A DNA stretch of 64,000 bases from Lachnospiraceae bacterium (GCA_024694625.1 JAILJP010000114.1:10160-74159); one strand, 5' to 3'. Shown: positions 19,529 through 28,715, numbered from the stretch's first letter. Numbers and translations are program-made. The notes: a model not told the origin generated them from the letters alone.

Positions 19529-20077
19529 TGCAATTTCTTCGTATGTAGAGCCCTTTGGAATCTCATAAGAACCGGTGGAAATGGTCTTATCATATCCGTT
19601 ATCCTCCAAAAACTGGTTGAAGGTATTTGGGTCATCAATCAATCCTGCATGATAGAGGTTCTCACAAATCTTTGAGGAACCTTCTCCCGGAGTTACCACA
19701 AAGGTAACACGCTCACTACTGCTTGAACTTTCGGAAGCAGTCTCGTTGGAACTACTATTGTCATCTTGAGATTCACTTTCACTGGACTCGTCTTCATCTG
19801 TGGAAGCATCGGTGGAACTATCGTCACTTTCCTCCTCTGTAGAGGTATCGGTGGATTGATCTTCTCCATCGGTCTCATTGGACGCTTCTTCATCTTTCGT
19901 CTGGTTATCTTCTTTTGTTGTGGTTCCTTCGGAAGTCTCCATACCTAAAGCCTTAGCTTTTTCTATGATTTCTTCATCTGAAAGTGTAGGTTCGTAAAAT
20001 ACCAAAGATACGGCAAAAATGATTACCGTAACTAATATGCCCACACCCATTCCTCTTAAAAAATATTTTGAACGCAT
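19511..20077 (-). CDS. hypothetical single-pass membrane protein: acidic low-complexity linker + MltG-N-terminal-like (LysM-like) domain
   Basis: One TM (GMGVGILVTVIIFAVSLVF), a ~85-aa D/E/S/T-rich linker, and a C-terminal VTFVVTPGEGSSKICENLYHAGLIDDPNTFNQFLEDNGYDKTISTGSYEIPKGSTYEEIANAI. That C-terminus resembles the non-catalytic N-terminal module of MltG/YceG. The stop codon sits inside the terminator stem. The function call is weak. Confidence 0.55.
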   Translation of the reverse strand: MRSKYFLRGMGVGILVTVIIFAVSLVFYEPTLSDEEIIEKAKALGMETSEGTTTKEDNQTKDEEASNETDGEDQSTDTSTEEESDDSSTDASTDEDESSESESQDDNSSSNETASESSSSSERVTFVVTPGEGSSKICENLYHAGLIDDPNTFNQFLEDNGYDKTISTGSYEIPKGSTYEEIANAISH

Positions 20078-20078
20078 A

Positions 20079-20810
20079 TTATACTCCGTCGTACAATCCT
20101 AAGATTAGTTTGATTTCTCCAATACCAATTCCACATTTTTTGGCTATTTCCACATCGTTAAATCCGTCTTTGTGAAGCGAAATAACTTCTTTTTTGATTT
20201 GATCTTTGGATTTTTGTGAATCAAGCTCTTCTTCTTTTTGTGAAGCTTCTGTTTCATCTAGTTTTTGAATGAAAGCTTCCTTTAGACTTTGAACATCAGA
20301 TTCAAAATGCAGTTTCTCCGATTCTTCCATTTCAGCTTTTTGCTCTGAAACAGAGATTTGTAACTCTTCCAGTTCTTTCAGTTTCTCTTCAACGGATACT
20401 TTTATGTTTCTAAGGATGCTTTGCTGATTTTGGATTTCAGAAACGATTCCAGTAATGTTTTCCTGTTTGTCATTTAGCATTTGATAGATAAACATAATCT
20501 CGTCGTGGGATTTATTCATGGTTTCTAAAATAGTATCGGAGTACTCTCCGATATTTAAGAGCTTTTGATTTGTATCCTTGTCTGTGGCTAGTTCTATTTT
20601 TTCAATTGCGCTCTGAACCTGTTCGTCAAAAAGAGCATCTAGTTTTTCGGAAGCATTTGATACTTCGTTTTCAACAAATCCTTTTACTTCTTTTTCAGAT
20701 AACTTTTTAATGAGTTCAGTATCAGAAGAAGACAGCTTTTCCGTAAAGAAAAAGCTGCCGATAAAACACAATAATCCGGTTATAAATAAGGCGATTTGTA
20801 ATGCCGTCAT
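20079..20810 (-). CDS. hypothetical membrane-anchored coiled-coil protein with C-terminal HTH-like motif
   Basis: N-terminal TM (ALQIALFITGLLCFIGSFFF), a ~170-aa E/K/Q-rich heptad-like region, and C-terminal KDGFNDVEIAKKCGIGIGEIKLILGLY. It is 1 bp from the next ORF. Confidence 0.6.
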   Translation of the reverse strand: MTALQIALFITGLLCFIGSFFFTEKLSSSDTELIKKLSEKEVKGFVENEVSNASEKLDALFDEQVQSAIEKIELATDKDTNQKLLNIGEYSDTILETMNKSHDEIMFIYQMLNDKQENITGIVSEIQNQQSILRNIKVSVEEKLKELEELQISVSEQKAEMEESEKLHFESDVQSLKEAFIQKLDETEASQKEEELDSQKSKDQIKKEVISLHKDGFNDVEIAKKCGIGIGEIKLILGLYDGV

Positions 20811-20820
20811 TTTGGTTCTC

Positions 20821-21144
20821 CTAGACTGTCATATTAAAAGTGGGGTGTTTGGGTTTCACTTTTACGCTTCCATCCCCCATTTTTTGAGTTTTTTTCGGTG
20901 GGGTATGCTTACGGTTTTGATTTCCCTGATAACCGGTGCCGTCTCCACCTTCTGCGTCGGAATCATTTTCTGCAACGTTGTCGTGTTCTTGAACCGTTGT
21001 GGTGGATTGCTCTGCTTCCTGCTTCATTACTGTAGTTGCAAAATCCTGCTGAACCAGAGGTTTTTGTTCTTCCTGAGATTTGGTTGTACTGAGCTCAGAA
21101 GTATTCTGAACCATTCCGTTAAAATCAATTGGTCGAATAGACAT
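20821..21144 (-). CDS. hypothetical 107-aa protein (acidic/Q,T-rich, basic K/P-rich tail)
   Basis: An ORF 12 bp after fapA and 10 bp before the next gene, with no TM and a compositionally biased sequence. I recognise no family. It is accepted as coding mainly from operon packing. Confidence 0.5.
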   Translation of the reverse strand: MSIRPIDFNGMVQNTSELSTTKSQEEQKPLVQQDFATTVMKQEAEQSTTTVQEHDNVAENDSDAEGGDGTGYQGNQNRKHTPPKKTQKMGDGSVKVKPKHPTFNMTV

Positions 21145-21156
21145 AACAAGTGACTC

Positions 21157-22764
21157 CTATAAATTTGTGATGGTTATTTCTCCATTTTTCTTTTCAAAAA
21201 CACAGTAAGAACGTTTATCTTTGGTGGTCATGGACATATCTGAAATAGTGATATTCACACCGGGATAAATGTCTCGACTAATCACAACTTTTGCATGTTT
21301 GGAGTTTAGCAATTCCTGGTGAAGACTGTTGAAGTTCATACGGTCTTCTTGAAGTCTTTGCTTATACTCCCTTAATTCTACCATTAATTTGTTTAAATAC
21401 ATTAGATTCTTTTTATCTAATTGTTTACCGCTTTTTAAATAATCCTGATAGGTTTTGATGATAGGATTAATTTTATTGATTTTTTGGCTCAAGGCTAAAA
21501 TACTCTTTTGCAAAATGGAGTATTGAGCCTTTTTGTCCGGAGCCATACCAACCTCAATCTTGGTCATTGCTCCCATGGAAGAGCCAATAATTCTGGATTC
21601 TACTTTTCCTCCGGCACGAATGGTTCCGCCGGTAATAAATCCTTTTTTATCATTTACAAATATATCCTCGGTGGCAGAAACTTCACTGTATAAAATAGAT
21701 CCTGTTTCGATGTAACCACCGGAAAATACTTTGGCATTTTCAATGAACTGAATAATTACATTACTTTTAGAATTGATGACACCTTTGTTCATGCCGTGGA
21801 TTCCACATTTTACAATTACCTGGCCACCGGCTTCGATAAGGGCATCCTCCACCACACCATCAATAATAACATCTCCACTGGCATGGATTTCAAATCCACC
21901 TCTTACAGAGCCTTTTACGTGAACGTTTCCGCTGTAATCAATATTTCCTGTGGATGTGTCAACATCAGCAGGTACTTCATATACATCGGATACAAAAACC
22001 TGTTCGCCAATTAAAGAAACATGCCCGGTAACTTCAGAATAAATCTCTGTTTTTTCTTCGTTAATGGAAATATTTTTTCCGTATGAAAGTTTTGTAGATT
22101 TTACTGTACGTGTGGGTATCTCCCGTCCCATAACGTCTTTTCCGTTTGCTCCCTTGTCTTCAGGAATCAAGCGAGCCAAAAGATCACCTTTGTTTACGGA
22201 ACAAATGGTATTTAATTCGTGATAATTCACAGATCCGTCTTCGTTATGTTTGGGTTTTAAAGAAGGATTTGTATTGAAGAAGTATTCAATCTTTGCATCC
22301 CTTCCGATTAAAGGTTGTTTACCTAAAGCAAACACATAATCGGTTGCATAGAGTCGTTCTTCAATAAAACTCATAATGGCATCTTGATCAATGCCATAGA
22401 TAACACCTTTTTTTGTTAATTCCCCAAGAATATCTTTAACGTTTATGTTTTGACCACCAAAAGAAGCCGGATAAAACCGGCAAGTAACCTTCATTTTGTC
22501 AAGGCTAACTTTGGTAAACATCATTTCCGAAAACTCAATATCAGGACAAATGCCCAAATCCATTGTGTCTTCTTCCGTTCCGGAAATGAAACTTTTAAAC
22601 ATAAACTTGTCGTACGCATTTATCTCATGCGCTGCCAGAAAATCTTCTGCTTCCTTTACCGATAAAGGCATGCCGCCTTCTTTCGGTGGATAATAATGGC
22701 AAATCGCATTTGAATCGCATATCTCTATTTGGATGTATGCATTCAACTGACTCATATGTTCCAA
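21157..22764 (-). CDS. fapA: FapA (DUF342) family flagellar assembly protein
   Basis: 535 aa. Central G-rich beta-helix-like repeats (GNIDYSGNVHVKGSVRGGFEIHASGDVIIDGVVEDALIEAGGQVIV) and a C-terminal coiled coil are typical of DUF342. It starts 7 bp after sigD. Confidence 0.75.
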   Translation of the reverse strand: MEHMSQLNAYIQIEICDSNAICHYYPPKEGGMPLSVKEAEDFLAAHEINAYDKFMFKSFISGTEEDTMDLGICPDIEFSEMMFTKVSLDKMKVTCRFYPASFGGQNINVKDILGELTKKGVIYGIDQDAIMSFIEERLYATDYVFALGKQPLIGRDAKIEYFFNTNPSLKPKHNEDGSVNYHELNTICSVNKGDLLARLIPEDKGANGKDVMGREIPTRTVKSTKLSYGKNISINEEKTEIYSEVTGHVSLIGEQVFVSDVYEVPADVDTSTGNIDYSGNVHVKGSVRGGFEIHASGDVIIDGVVEDALIEAGGQVIVKCGIHGMNKGVINSKSNVIIQFIENAKVFSGGYIETGSILYSEVSATEDIFVNDKKGFITGGTIRAGGKVESRIIGSSMGAMTKIEVGMAPDKKAQYSILQKSILALSQKINKINPIIKTYQDYLKSGKQLDKKNLMYLNKLMVELREYKQRLQEDRMNFNSLHQELLNSKHAKVVISRDIYPGVNITISDMSMTTKDKRSYCVFEKKNGEITITNL

Positions 22765-22771
22765 ACCCCCA

Positions 22772-23542
22772 CTAAGAGTCCGTAAGAATATTCATGTACG
22801 GTCCCATCTTTTTTCTCATCTTAAGTAAAGCTTTTGTATGTAACTGTGAAACCCTTGATTCCGAAACATCCATTACTTTCGCGATTTCCTTAAGATTTAA
22901 ATCCTCGTAGTAATAATAAACAATTACCGATTTTTCTTTCTCGGTAAGTAATTCCAGTGATTCAGCAAGCATCTTCGATAATTCATCTTTCGAGATGGAC
23001 TCTTCAGGCTGAATAAAATGAGAGTTGGATGCACCGCTGTCCATAACAGGTTCGTTTCCTGCTTCCATAAACTCATTTAATGATACCAAGTTGGTGACTT
23101 TCATTTGAGACTGCCACTCAGTATATTCTTTGCCGGATAAACCTAATTCATCGGCAATCTGATCATCTGTAGCAGCTTTACCGGTTCTAGCCTCCACGTT
23201 TTTAGAAGCTTCTTCAATCTTTTTTTGCTTCTGTCGGATGGTTCTCGGAATCCAATCCATCTTTCGGATTTGATCCAGTATTGCACCTTTAATTCGTAAA
23301 CTAGCATAAGTCTCGAATTTTACATCTTTGGATAAATCATATTTATCAATAGCGTCTATTAATCCAAAAACTCCGTAACCAACCAAATCATCGTATTCTA
23401 CATTGCTGCCCAAATACATATTCATTTTACCTGCAACAATTTTCACCAACGGCGCGTATTCTACAATAATCTTTTCGCGAAGCTCTGCTGTGGGTTTCTT
23501 TTGATATTCATCCCACATTTTTTTACGCATTACATCATTCAT
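22772..23542 (-). CDS. fliA: flagellar RNA polymerase sigma factor (sigma-28, FliA/SigD/WhiG family)
   Basis: Region 2 (DDLVGYGVFGLIDAIDKYD) and the region 4 HTH (LNLKEIAKVMDVSESRVSQLHTKAL). Its position after cheD matches B. subtilis sigD. Confidence 0.92.
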   Translation of the reverse strand: MNDVMRKKMWDEYQKKPTAELREKIIVEYAPLVKIVAGKMNMYLGSNVEYDDLVGYGVFGLIDAIDKYDLSKDVKFETYASLRIKGAILDQIRKMDWIPRTIRQKQKKIEEASKNVEARTGKAATDDQIADELGLSGKEYTEWQSQMKVTNLVSLNEFMEAGNEPVMDSGASNSHFIQPEESISKDELSKMLAESLELLTEKEKSVIVYYYYEDLNLKEIAKVMDVSESRVSQLHTKALLKMRKKMGPYMNILTDS

Positions 23543-23559
23543 AAGGTCAACCCCAGGGA

Positions 23560-23856
23560 TTATTCATCGGATTCTTCGTCCTCATATGAATTGCGAGACT
23601 CTTCGTCTTCGCCATCTGTAGACGACTCCTGCGCTTCAGATTCAAAAATCCCAACATCCTTTTCGTTTTTTAATGCAAGATTCATTATGATATAGGCAAT
23701 ATATCCAACGAAATAAAAGATTAATACACTGAAAAACAGTCTTTTGACAAACACCCCAAATTCCACTTGCAGTAATAAATTGATCAATGCAGTAATTGCT
23801 GCAGCAATCAGCATTACCAACAAAGGAAGAAATTTAAGTTTTGAATCTTTTTCCAT
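23560..23856 (-). CDS. hypothetical small membrane protein (2 TM, acidic tail)
   Basis: 98 aa with two hydrophobic helices (FLPLLVMLIAAAITALINLLL, LFFSVLIFYFVGYIAYIIMNL) and the tail ESEAQESSTDGEDEESRNSYEDEESDE. It is wedged between cheD and sigD with 17-bp gaps. Confidence 0.55.
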   Translation of the reverse strand: MEKDSKLKFLPLLVMLIAAAITALINLLLQVEFGVFVKRLFFSVLIFYFVGYIAYIIMNLALKNEKDVGIFESEAQESSTDGEDEESRNSYEDEESDE

Positions 23857-23873
23857 AATAAATCTTTCCGGAC

Positions 23874-24362
23874 TTAAATGGTCTTTTCATCTTTTCCCAC
23901 TGCTTTTATTAAATAACGTCCGTCTTCGCTATATAATTCTACAGTACGTCCGAAGTTCAAGCCACAATCCTCTGATATTAGCCGAATTCCCAGTTCCTTC
24001 AGCTTATTTCTGCTTGCCTGAGCATTTTTTTCACCAATGTTAATACTGGAAGCATTGGCACCACTCATGGCGAACATCTTTGCTCCACCGGCAATTTTGG
24101 CTACCATTCTGGTTTTACTAGCACCGGCTGCTATCATATCATCATATAATTTTTGTATTCCGGTATCGGCAAATTTTGCAATGTTTGAATTGTTACGAAT
24201 TGCTGTACTATCCGGCAGCATTATATGAGCTAACCCCGTTACCTTCGTTTGAGGGTCATATAATGCAATCCCAATACAAGAGCCCAATCCAATAGTTGTA
24301 AGATTATCTGGCGCCTTACAAACCTTAAGATCTGCCATACCGACCTTAATCATCTGTCCCAT
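23874..24362 (-). CDS. cheD: chemoreceptor glutamine deamidase CheD
   Basis: Motifs KVGMADLKV and LGSCIGIALYD. The ORF extends to 24404 and overlaps cheC, but the ATG at 24360-24362 (MGQMIKV) has GGGGAG upstream, so I call that start. Confidence 0.9.
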   Translation of the reverse strand: MGQMIKVGMADLKVCKAPDNLTTIGLGSCIGIALYDPQTKVTGLAHIMLPDSTAIRNNSNIAKFADTGIQKLYDDMIAAGASKTRMVAKIAGGAKMFAMSGANASSINIGEKNAQASRNKLKELGIRLISEDCGLNFGRTVELYSEDGRYLIKAVGKDEKTI

Positions 24363-24381
24363 GCACGTCTCCCCTTTACAA

Positions 24382-25002
24382 CTAAATCGGAACTCCCAAG
24401 GCACTTAAAATCTTTGCGTAAGAATCACCTTCTGGCATAAGAATAAAGTACCCGCTAATACCAAGTTCATCACCAATTTCTGTTTTAATAATCAAAGCAT
24501 TATCGCTTATCATACCAAACTGTATTGCCGGAACGGAAAGTATTGCTCCTGCCATATCCACCGCAACATAGGGAATGGTTGGAGTTATGGTTAAATTTGT
24601 TAAACCAGACAAAGCATTTAAGTATGCTCCGGCAATAATGTTTCCGATTTCTTTGATGGCGGATAAATCCATTTCGTCAAAATCTTCGTTGTATTCCGGA
24701 TCTCTCATCATCATACGGTTAACCAAATGATGGGCTGAGGATAAATCCAACAAAAACATCATGCTTCCTGTAATGTCTGTTTCAACTCCGAGCATAATAC
24801 CAACGATAATATCTTCTTCAGAACCGATAATACCGCCGATTTTTTCAACCGGAGTCAAATCAACCATAGGAACACTCATGTCCACTTTCAAAGAAAGCAT
24901 ATTGGCGATGGCAGTTGTTGCATTACCAGCGCCAATATTGCCGATTTCTTTTAGGACATCAATATATTTGTCATTAATTTCTTCTACACTGATATCTGAC
25001 AT
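24382..25002 (-). CDS. cheC: CheY-P phosphatase CheC
   Basis: Two CheC active-site motifs D/S-x3-E-x2-N (DVLKEIGN, SAIKEIGN). Confidence 0.9.
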   Translation of the reverse strand: MSDISVEEINDKYIDVLKEIGNIGAGNATTAIANMLSLKVDMSVPMVDLTPVEKIGGIIGSEEDIIVGIMLGVETDITGSMMFLLDLSSAHHLVNRMMMRDPEYNEDFDEMDLSAIKEIGNIIAGAYLNALSGLTNLTITPTIPYVAVDMAGAILSVPAIQFGMISDNALIIKTEIGDELGISGYFILMPEGDSYAKILSALGVPI

Positions 25003-25013
25003 ATTGAAACCTC

Positions 25014-25478
25014 TTATGATACAGCTACTTCATCAACAATGGAATTGATTTCGAAGATAGAGATTAACTCATCTCCGCTCTTACCGATTCCGTTGATGTA
25101 TGTATTTCCTTGTCTCTTAGAATTTTGAGCAGAACGATCGATTTCGGATTCTCCGAGAGAAATAACTTCTTTTACCTCGTCAACCAAAATTCCTACCAAT
25201 CCCTGAACCTCTAATTTTAAAATAATGATTCTGGACTGATTGGTAATTACGTCCTCTCCTAATCCCATTTTGTTTCTGGCACTCATAACCGGAACGATTT
25301 CACCACGTAAGTTGATGATTCCGGGATAATATGCGGGTGCCTTAGGTACTCTAGTAATCTTTTGCATACGAACAATATTGTCAACAAGAGAAATGTTAAT
25401 ACCATATTGTTCACTACCGATTTTTACGACGATATATTGGACCTTCTCCTCTTCCGTCATATCTAATTCATTTGCCAT
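25014..25478 (-). CDS. cheW: chemotaxis coupling protein CheW
   Basis: A single 154-aa CheW domain (QYIVVKIGSEQYGINI, INLRGEIVPV). Confidence 0.92.
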   Translation of the reverse strand: MANELDMTEEEKVQYIVVKIGSEQYGINISLVDNIVRMQKITRVPKAPAYYPGIINLRGEIVPVMSARNKMGLGEDVITNQSRIIILKLEVQGLVGILVDEVKEVISLGESEIDRSAQNSKRQGNTYINGIGKSGDELISIFEINSIVDEVAVS

Positions 25479-25491
25479 GGTATAACCTCCC

Positions 25492-27627
25492 TTAAATCAA
25501 AGTATTTACATCAATAATCAATGCAACTTCACCATCACCTAAGATGGTAGCACCGGAAATCAACTTGTTGTTCTCGATTACTTTTCCGAGAGACTTAATA
25601 ACGATTTCCTGTTGTCCCATAAGATTATCAACTACCAATCCTGCGTAGCTGTCGCCCTTTTTAACAACAACAACGGTTAAGTTCTCAGGTTCTTCTTCTC
25701 TAGGTTCGCAATCCAACAACTGATCCAAACGGATAATGGGAATTACAAGTCCTCTTAAATGGATTACTTCTTTTGCTTCTACGTATTTAATATCGTTGAT
25801 GGAAATATCTTCAATATTCATAATGCTTCCTAAAGCAATTGCATATTTTTCGTCTCTGATTTCTACCATCAAAGCCTGGATAATTGCTAATGTCAAAGGA
25901 AGTCTTACGGTAAAGGTAGAACCCTGTCCAAGCGTGGATTTAACTTCTACGTCACCGCCTAAAGCTTCGATGTTGGACTTAACTACATCAAGACCAACGC
26001 CTCGGCCGGAAATATCGGTAATCTGCTTTGCCATTGAGAATGAAGGCATAAACAAGAAATCGATAATCTCTTTCTGAGAAAGGTTTTCAGCTTCTTCTTC
26101 GCTAACAAGGCCTCTTTCGATGGCTTTGTTTAATACCTTTTCAGTATCGATTCCGCCACCGTCGTCACCAACCTGAATGATTACGTTATTACCTTCCTGG
26201 AAAGCGTTTAAGAAGATAGAACCTTCTTCAGGTTTTCCAGCAGCCTTACGTACTTCAGGAGACTCAATACCGTGGTCAGCTGAGTTTCGAAGTAAATGCT
26301 GTAAAGGATCACCAATCTGATCCACTACAGTACGATCCAACTCTGTTTCCTCACCTGTCATAACCAATTCCATAGGCTTATTCAGCTTTCTGGACAAGTC
26401 ACGAATCATACGAGGGAATTTATTTACTGTACTTTCGATAGGTACCATTCGAACTTTCATAACAGATTCATGAAGGTTGGTGGTAATTCTCTCTAAGTAT
26501 TCTATTTGTTCATGTAAGCTTTGAGAATCATATTCTGCTCCGGAAGTATCCATAGAACTAATGGAAACAATGGAGTTCTTTGCAATAATCAACTCGGAAA
26601 CCTGATTCATTAAAGCATCCAACTTTTCGATATCCACACGAACGGTACGAGCGGTAACCGGTTTGTTTGCTGCTTTTTTTGCAGGGGCTGAAGATTTCTG
26701 AGAAGCCTTTGCTGCAGGTTTTTCTGCTGCGGGAGCAGGTGCAGGAGCTTCAGTCTTTGCTTCTTCCTTAGGAACTTCTTCTACAGGTTTTTCGTACATT
26801 TCAGCGGTAACTTTGCCGATATCAACAGATTCGATTTCAGAAACTGCTCCAACAGCAGATTTCATAGCTTCGATATCTGTGGAATCGGAACTGATAATAC
26901 AGCTGAATGCTAAATCAAACTTCTCGTCTTCAATATCAGAAGATGAAGGATCGTAATGAAGAATCTCACCAAAATCTTCTAACGCTTTGAATACAAGGAA
27001 GGCACGAGCTGCTTTTAACAGACATTCCTTCTGAACGTGAATGGTAAGACCATATATGTTTAAGCCACTTTCTGCAGCTTCACGGATTTTGGAAATATCA
27101 TTCTCGTCAAGCTTTAAAGCTTTATAATGATCCTTACCGTTGGGGTCTTCAGAGTCTGTGGACTCTTCTACAGCTTCTTCTGCTGTTTCTTCGGGAGCTG
27201 CTTCTGCAGAATCTCCAGAATCATCGCTTCCGCCATCTCCTGCTGATCCATCAAGGTAAGCATTTAATTTTTTAATTAATACTTCGTTGTCTTCGGTACC
27301 TTCATCAGAAGTGGATTTAACATTATCAAGATAAGCCTCAATGGCATCCAAACAGTTAAATAACAAGTCAATCATTTCACTGTTTACCTTGATGTTGTCA
27401 TTTCGAACTTCAGAAAATACGTTTTCCATATCATGGGTCAAATGCTGCATACGCTTGAATCCCATGGTACCAGCCATACCCTTTAAAGAGTGAGCTGCAC
27501 GGAAAATTTCGTTAATAGTGTCTTTGTTTTCAGGTTCGTTCTCTAAGATCATAATGTTATCGCTTAGAGCCTGAATGTGTTCGCTTGTTTCGTCGATAAA
27601 AATATCGAGATATTGACTTACATCCAT
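25492..27627 (-). CDS. cheA: chemotaxis histidine kinase CheA
   Basis: HPt domain (AAHSLKGMAGTMGF), a P/A-rich linker, the HATPase domain (LLRNSADHGIE, DDGGGID, GRGVGLDVV) and a C-terminal CheW-like domain. Confidence 0.96.
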   Translation of the reverse strand: MDVSQYLDIFIDETSEHIQALSDNIMILENEPENKDTINEIFRAAHSLKGMAGTMGFKRMQHLTHDMENVFSEVRNDNIKVNSEMIDLLFNCLDAIEAYLDNVKSTSDEGTEDNEVLIKKLNAYLDGSAGDGGSDDSGDSAEAAPEETAEEAVEESTDSEDPNGKDHYKALKLDENDISKIREAAESGLNIYGLTIHVQKECLLKAARAFLVFKALEDFGEILHYDPSSSDIEDEKFDLAFSCIISSDSTDIEAMKSAVGAVSEIESVDIGKVTAEMYEKPVEEVPKEEAKTEAPAPAPAAEKPAAKASQKSSAPAKKAANKPVTARTVRVDIEKLDALMNQVSELIIAKNSIVSISSMDTSGAEYDSQSLHEQIEYLERITTNLHESVMKVRMVPIESTVNKFPRMIRDLSRKLNKPMELVMTGEETELDRTVVDQIGDPLQHLLRNSADHGIESPEVRKAAGKPEEGSIFLNAFQEGNNVIIQVGDDGGGIDTEKVLNKAIERGLVSEEEAENLSQKEIIDFLFMPSFSMAKQITDISGRGVGLDVVKSNIEALGGDVEVKSTLGQGSTFTVRLPLTLAIIQALMVEIRDEKYAIALGSIMNIEDISINDIKYVEAKEVIHLRGLVIPIIRLDQLLDCEPREEEPENLTVVVVKKGDSYAGLVVDNLMGQQEIVIKSLGKVIENNKLISGATILGDGEVALIIDVNTLI

Positions 27628-27630
27628 CTT

Positions 27631-28713
27631 TTAGACCCCCAGTTTCTTAATAATTGCTTTGGAAATTTCGGTAATCGGCGCCGATTCGTCGGATAATCCG
27701 GCTTGATCCGCTGCTTTCGGCATGCCATACACAACGCAGGTGTCTTCGCTTTGGGTAATACAATATATGCTCTTTTTCGCACCAAGTTCTGCTATACCGT
27801 TCGTTCCGTCACTTCCCATACCGGTTAATACCACACACAAAATATTTTTTATCGGTAGTTCAGCAATGGAATGAAATGTTACGTCTGCACAAGGTTTTAA
27901 GTTGTTGAAAGCCGGTGCATCGGACAAGGAACAAATCATTTTACCGGATGCGTTTGTCTTAATCTCTAGGTGCTTTCCACCAGGAGCAATATAAACGTAA
28001 TCATCCTTTAAGACTTCTTTGTCCTCCGCTTCCTTTACTGTTAAATTTGCACTTTCGTTAATTCGTTCTGCTAAAGAAGCCGTAAACCCTTTGGGCATAT
28101 GCTGTACCACTACGACCGGAACATGCAATCCACTGGGAAGCATAGGCAAGCAAGTGCGTAATGCCTGGGGTCCGCCAGTAGAGGAAGCGATTGCCACCAA
28201 ATCAAACTTTCCGCTAACGGAATGATTTCCTCGGGTCGCTTTATTCATCCTAGGGATTTCAAAAGCTTTTTGCTCTTCTTTTGGAACTTCTCTTTTGATC
28301 GTCGGTTCAATATGAGAATTAACCGCGATATTTAACGATTTTTTTAAGCTAACCGTAAAGGATTCTCGTTCTTGTGCAGATAAATGATACGGTCGAACTA
28401 CAAACTCTACAGCTCCGTTATCAAATGCCTTTACCGTCATGTCTCGGTCTTCTTTCACGGATGAAGAAATAGCTATAATCGGTATGGTGTTTCCATCCGA
28501 CTTTAAACTCTTCATCACAGTCAAACCATCCATCCGCGGTAAAGATACATTCATAGTTATAACATCAAAACTGCCAAATTCTGAAATTCTTCGATAAGCA
28601 CTCTGCCCGTCAGAACAAACATCGACAACTTCGAACCCTTGTATGGAATTGATTATATCACACATGAGCTTCCTCATGAGTGCAGAGTCATCCACAACTA
28701 AAACTCGATACAT
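27631..28713 (-). CDS. cheB: protein-glutamate methylesterase/deamidase CheB
   Basis: Receiver domain (VLVVDDSALMRKL) and methylesterase domain (IASSTGGPQAL, VVVQHMP, TGMGSDG). Confidence 0.95.
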   Translation of the reverse strand: MYRVLVVDDSALMRKLMCDIINSIQGFEVVDVCSDGQSAYRRISEFGSFDVITMNVSLPRMDGLTVMKSLKSDGNTIPIIAISSSVKEDRDMTVKAFDNGAVEFVVRPYHLSAQERESFTVSLKKSLNIAVNSHIEPTIKREVPKEEQKAFEIPRMNKATRGNHSVSGKFDLVAIASSTGGPQALRTCLPMLPSGLHVPVVVVQHMPKGFTASLAERINESANLTVKEAEDKEVLKDDYVYIAPGGKHLEIKTNASGKMICSLSDAPAFNNLKPCADVTFHSIAELPIKNILCVVLTGMGSDGTNGIAELGAKKSIYCITQSEDTCVVYGMPKAADQAGLSDESAPITEISKAIIKKLGV

Positions 28714-28715
28714 AT

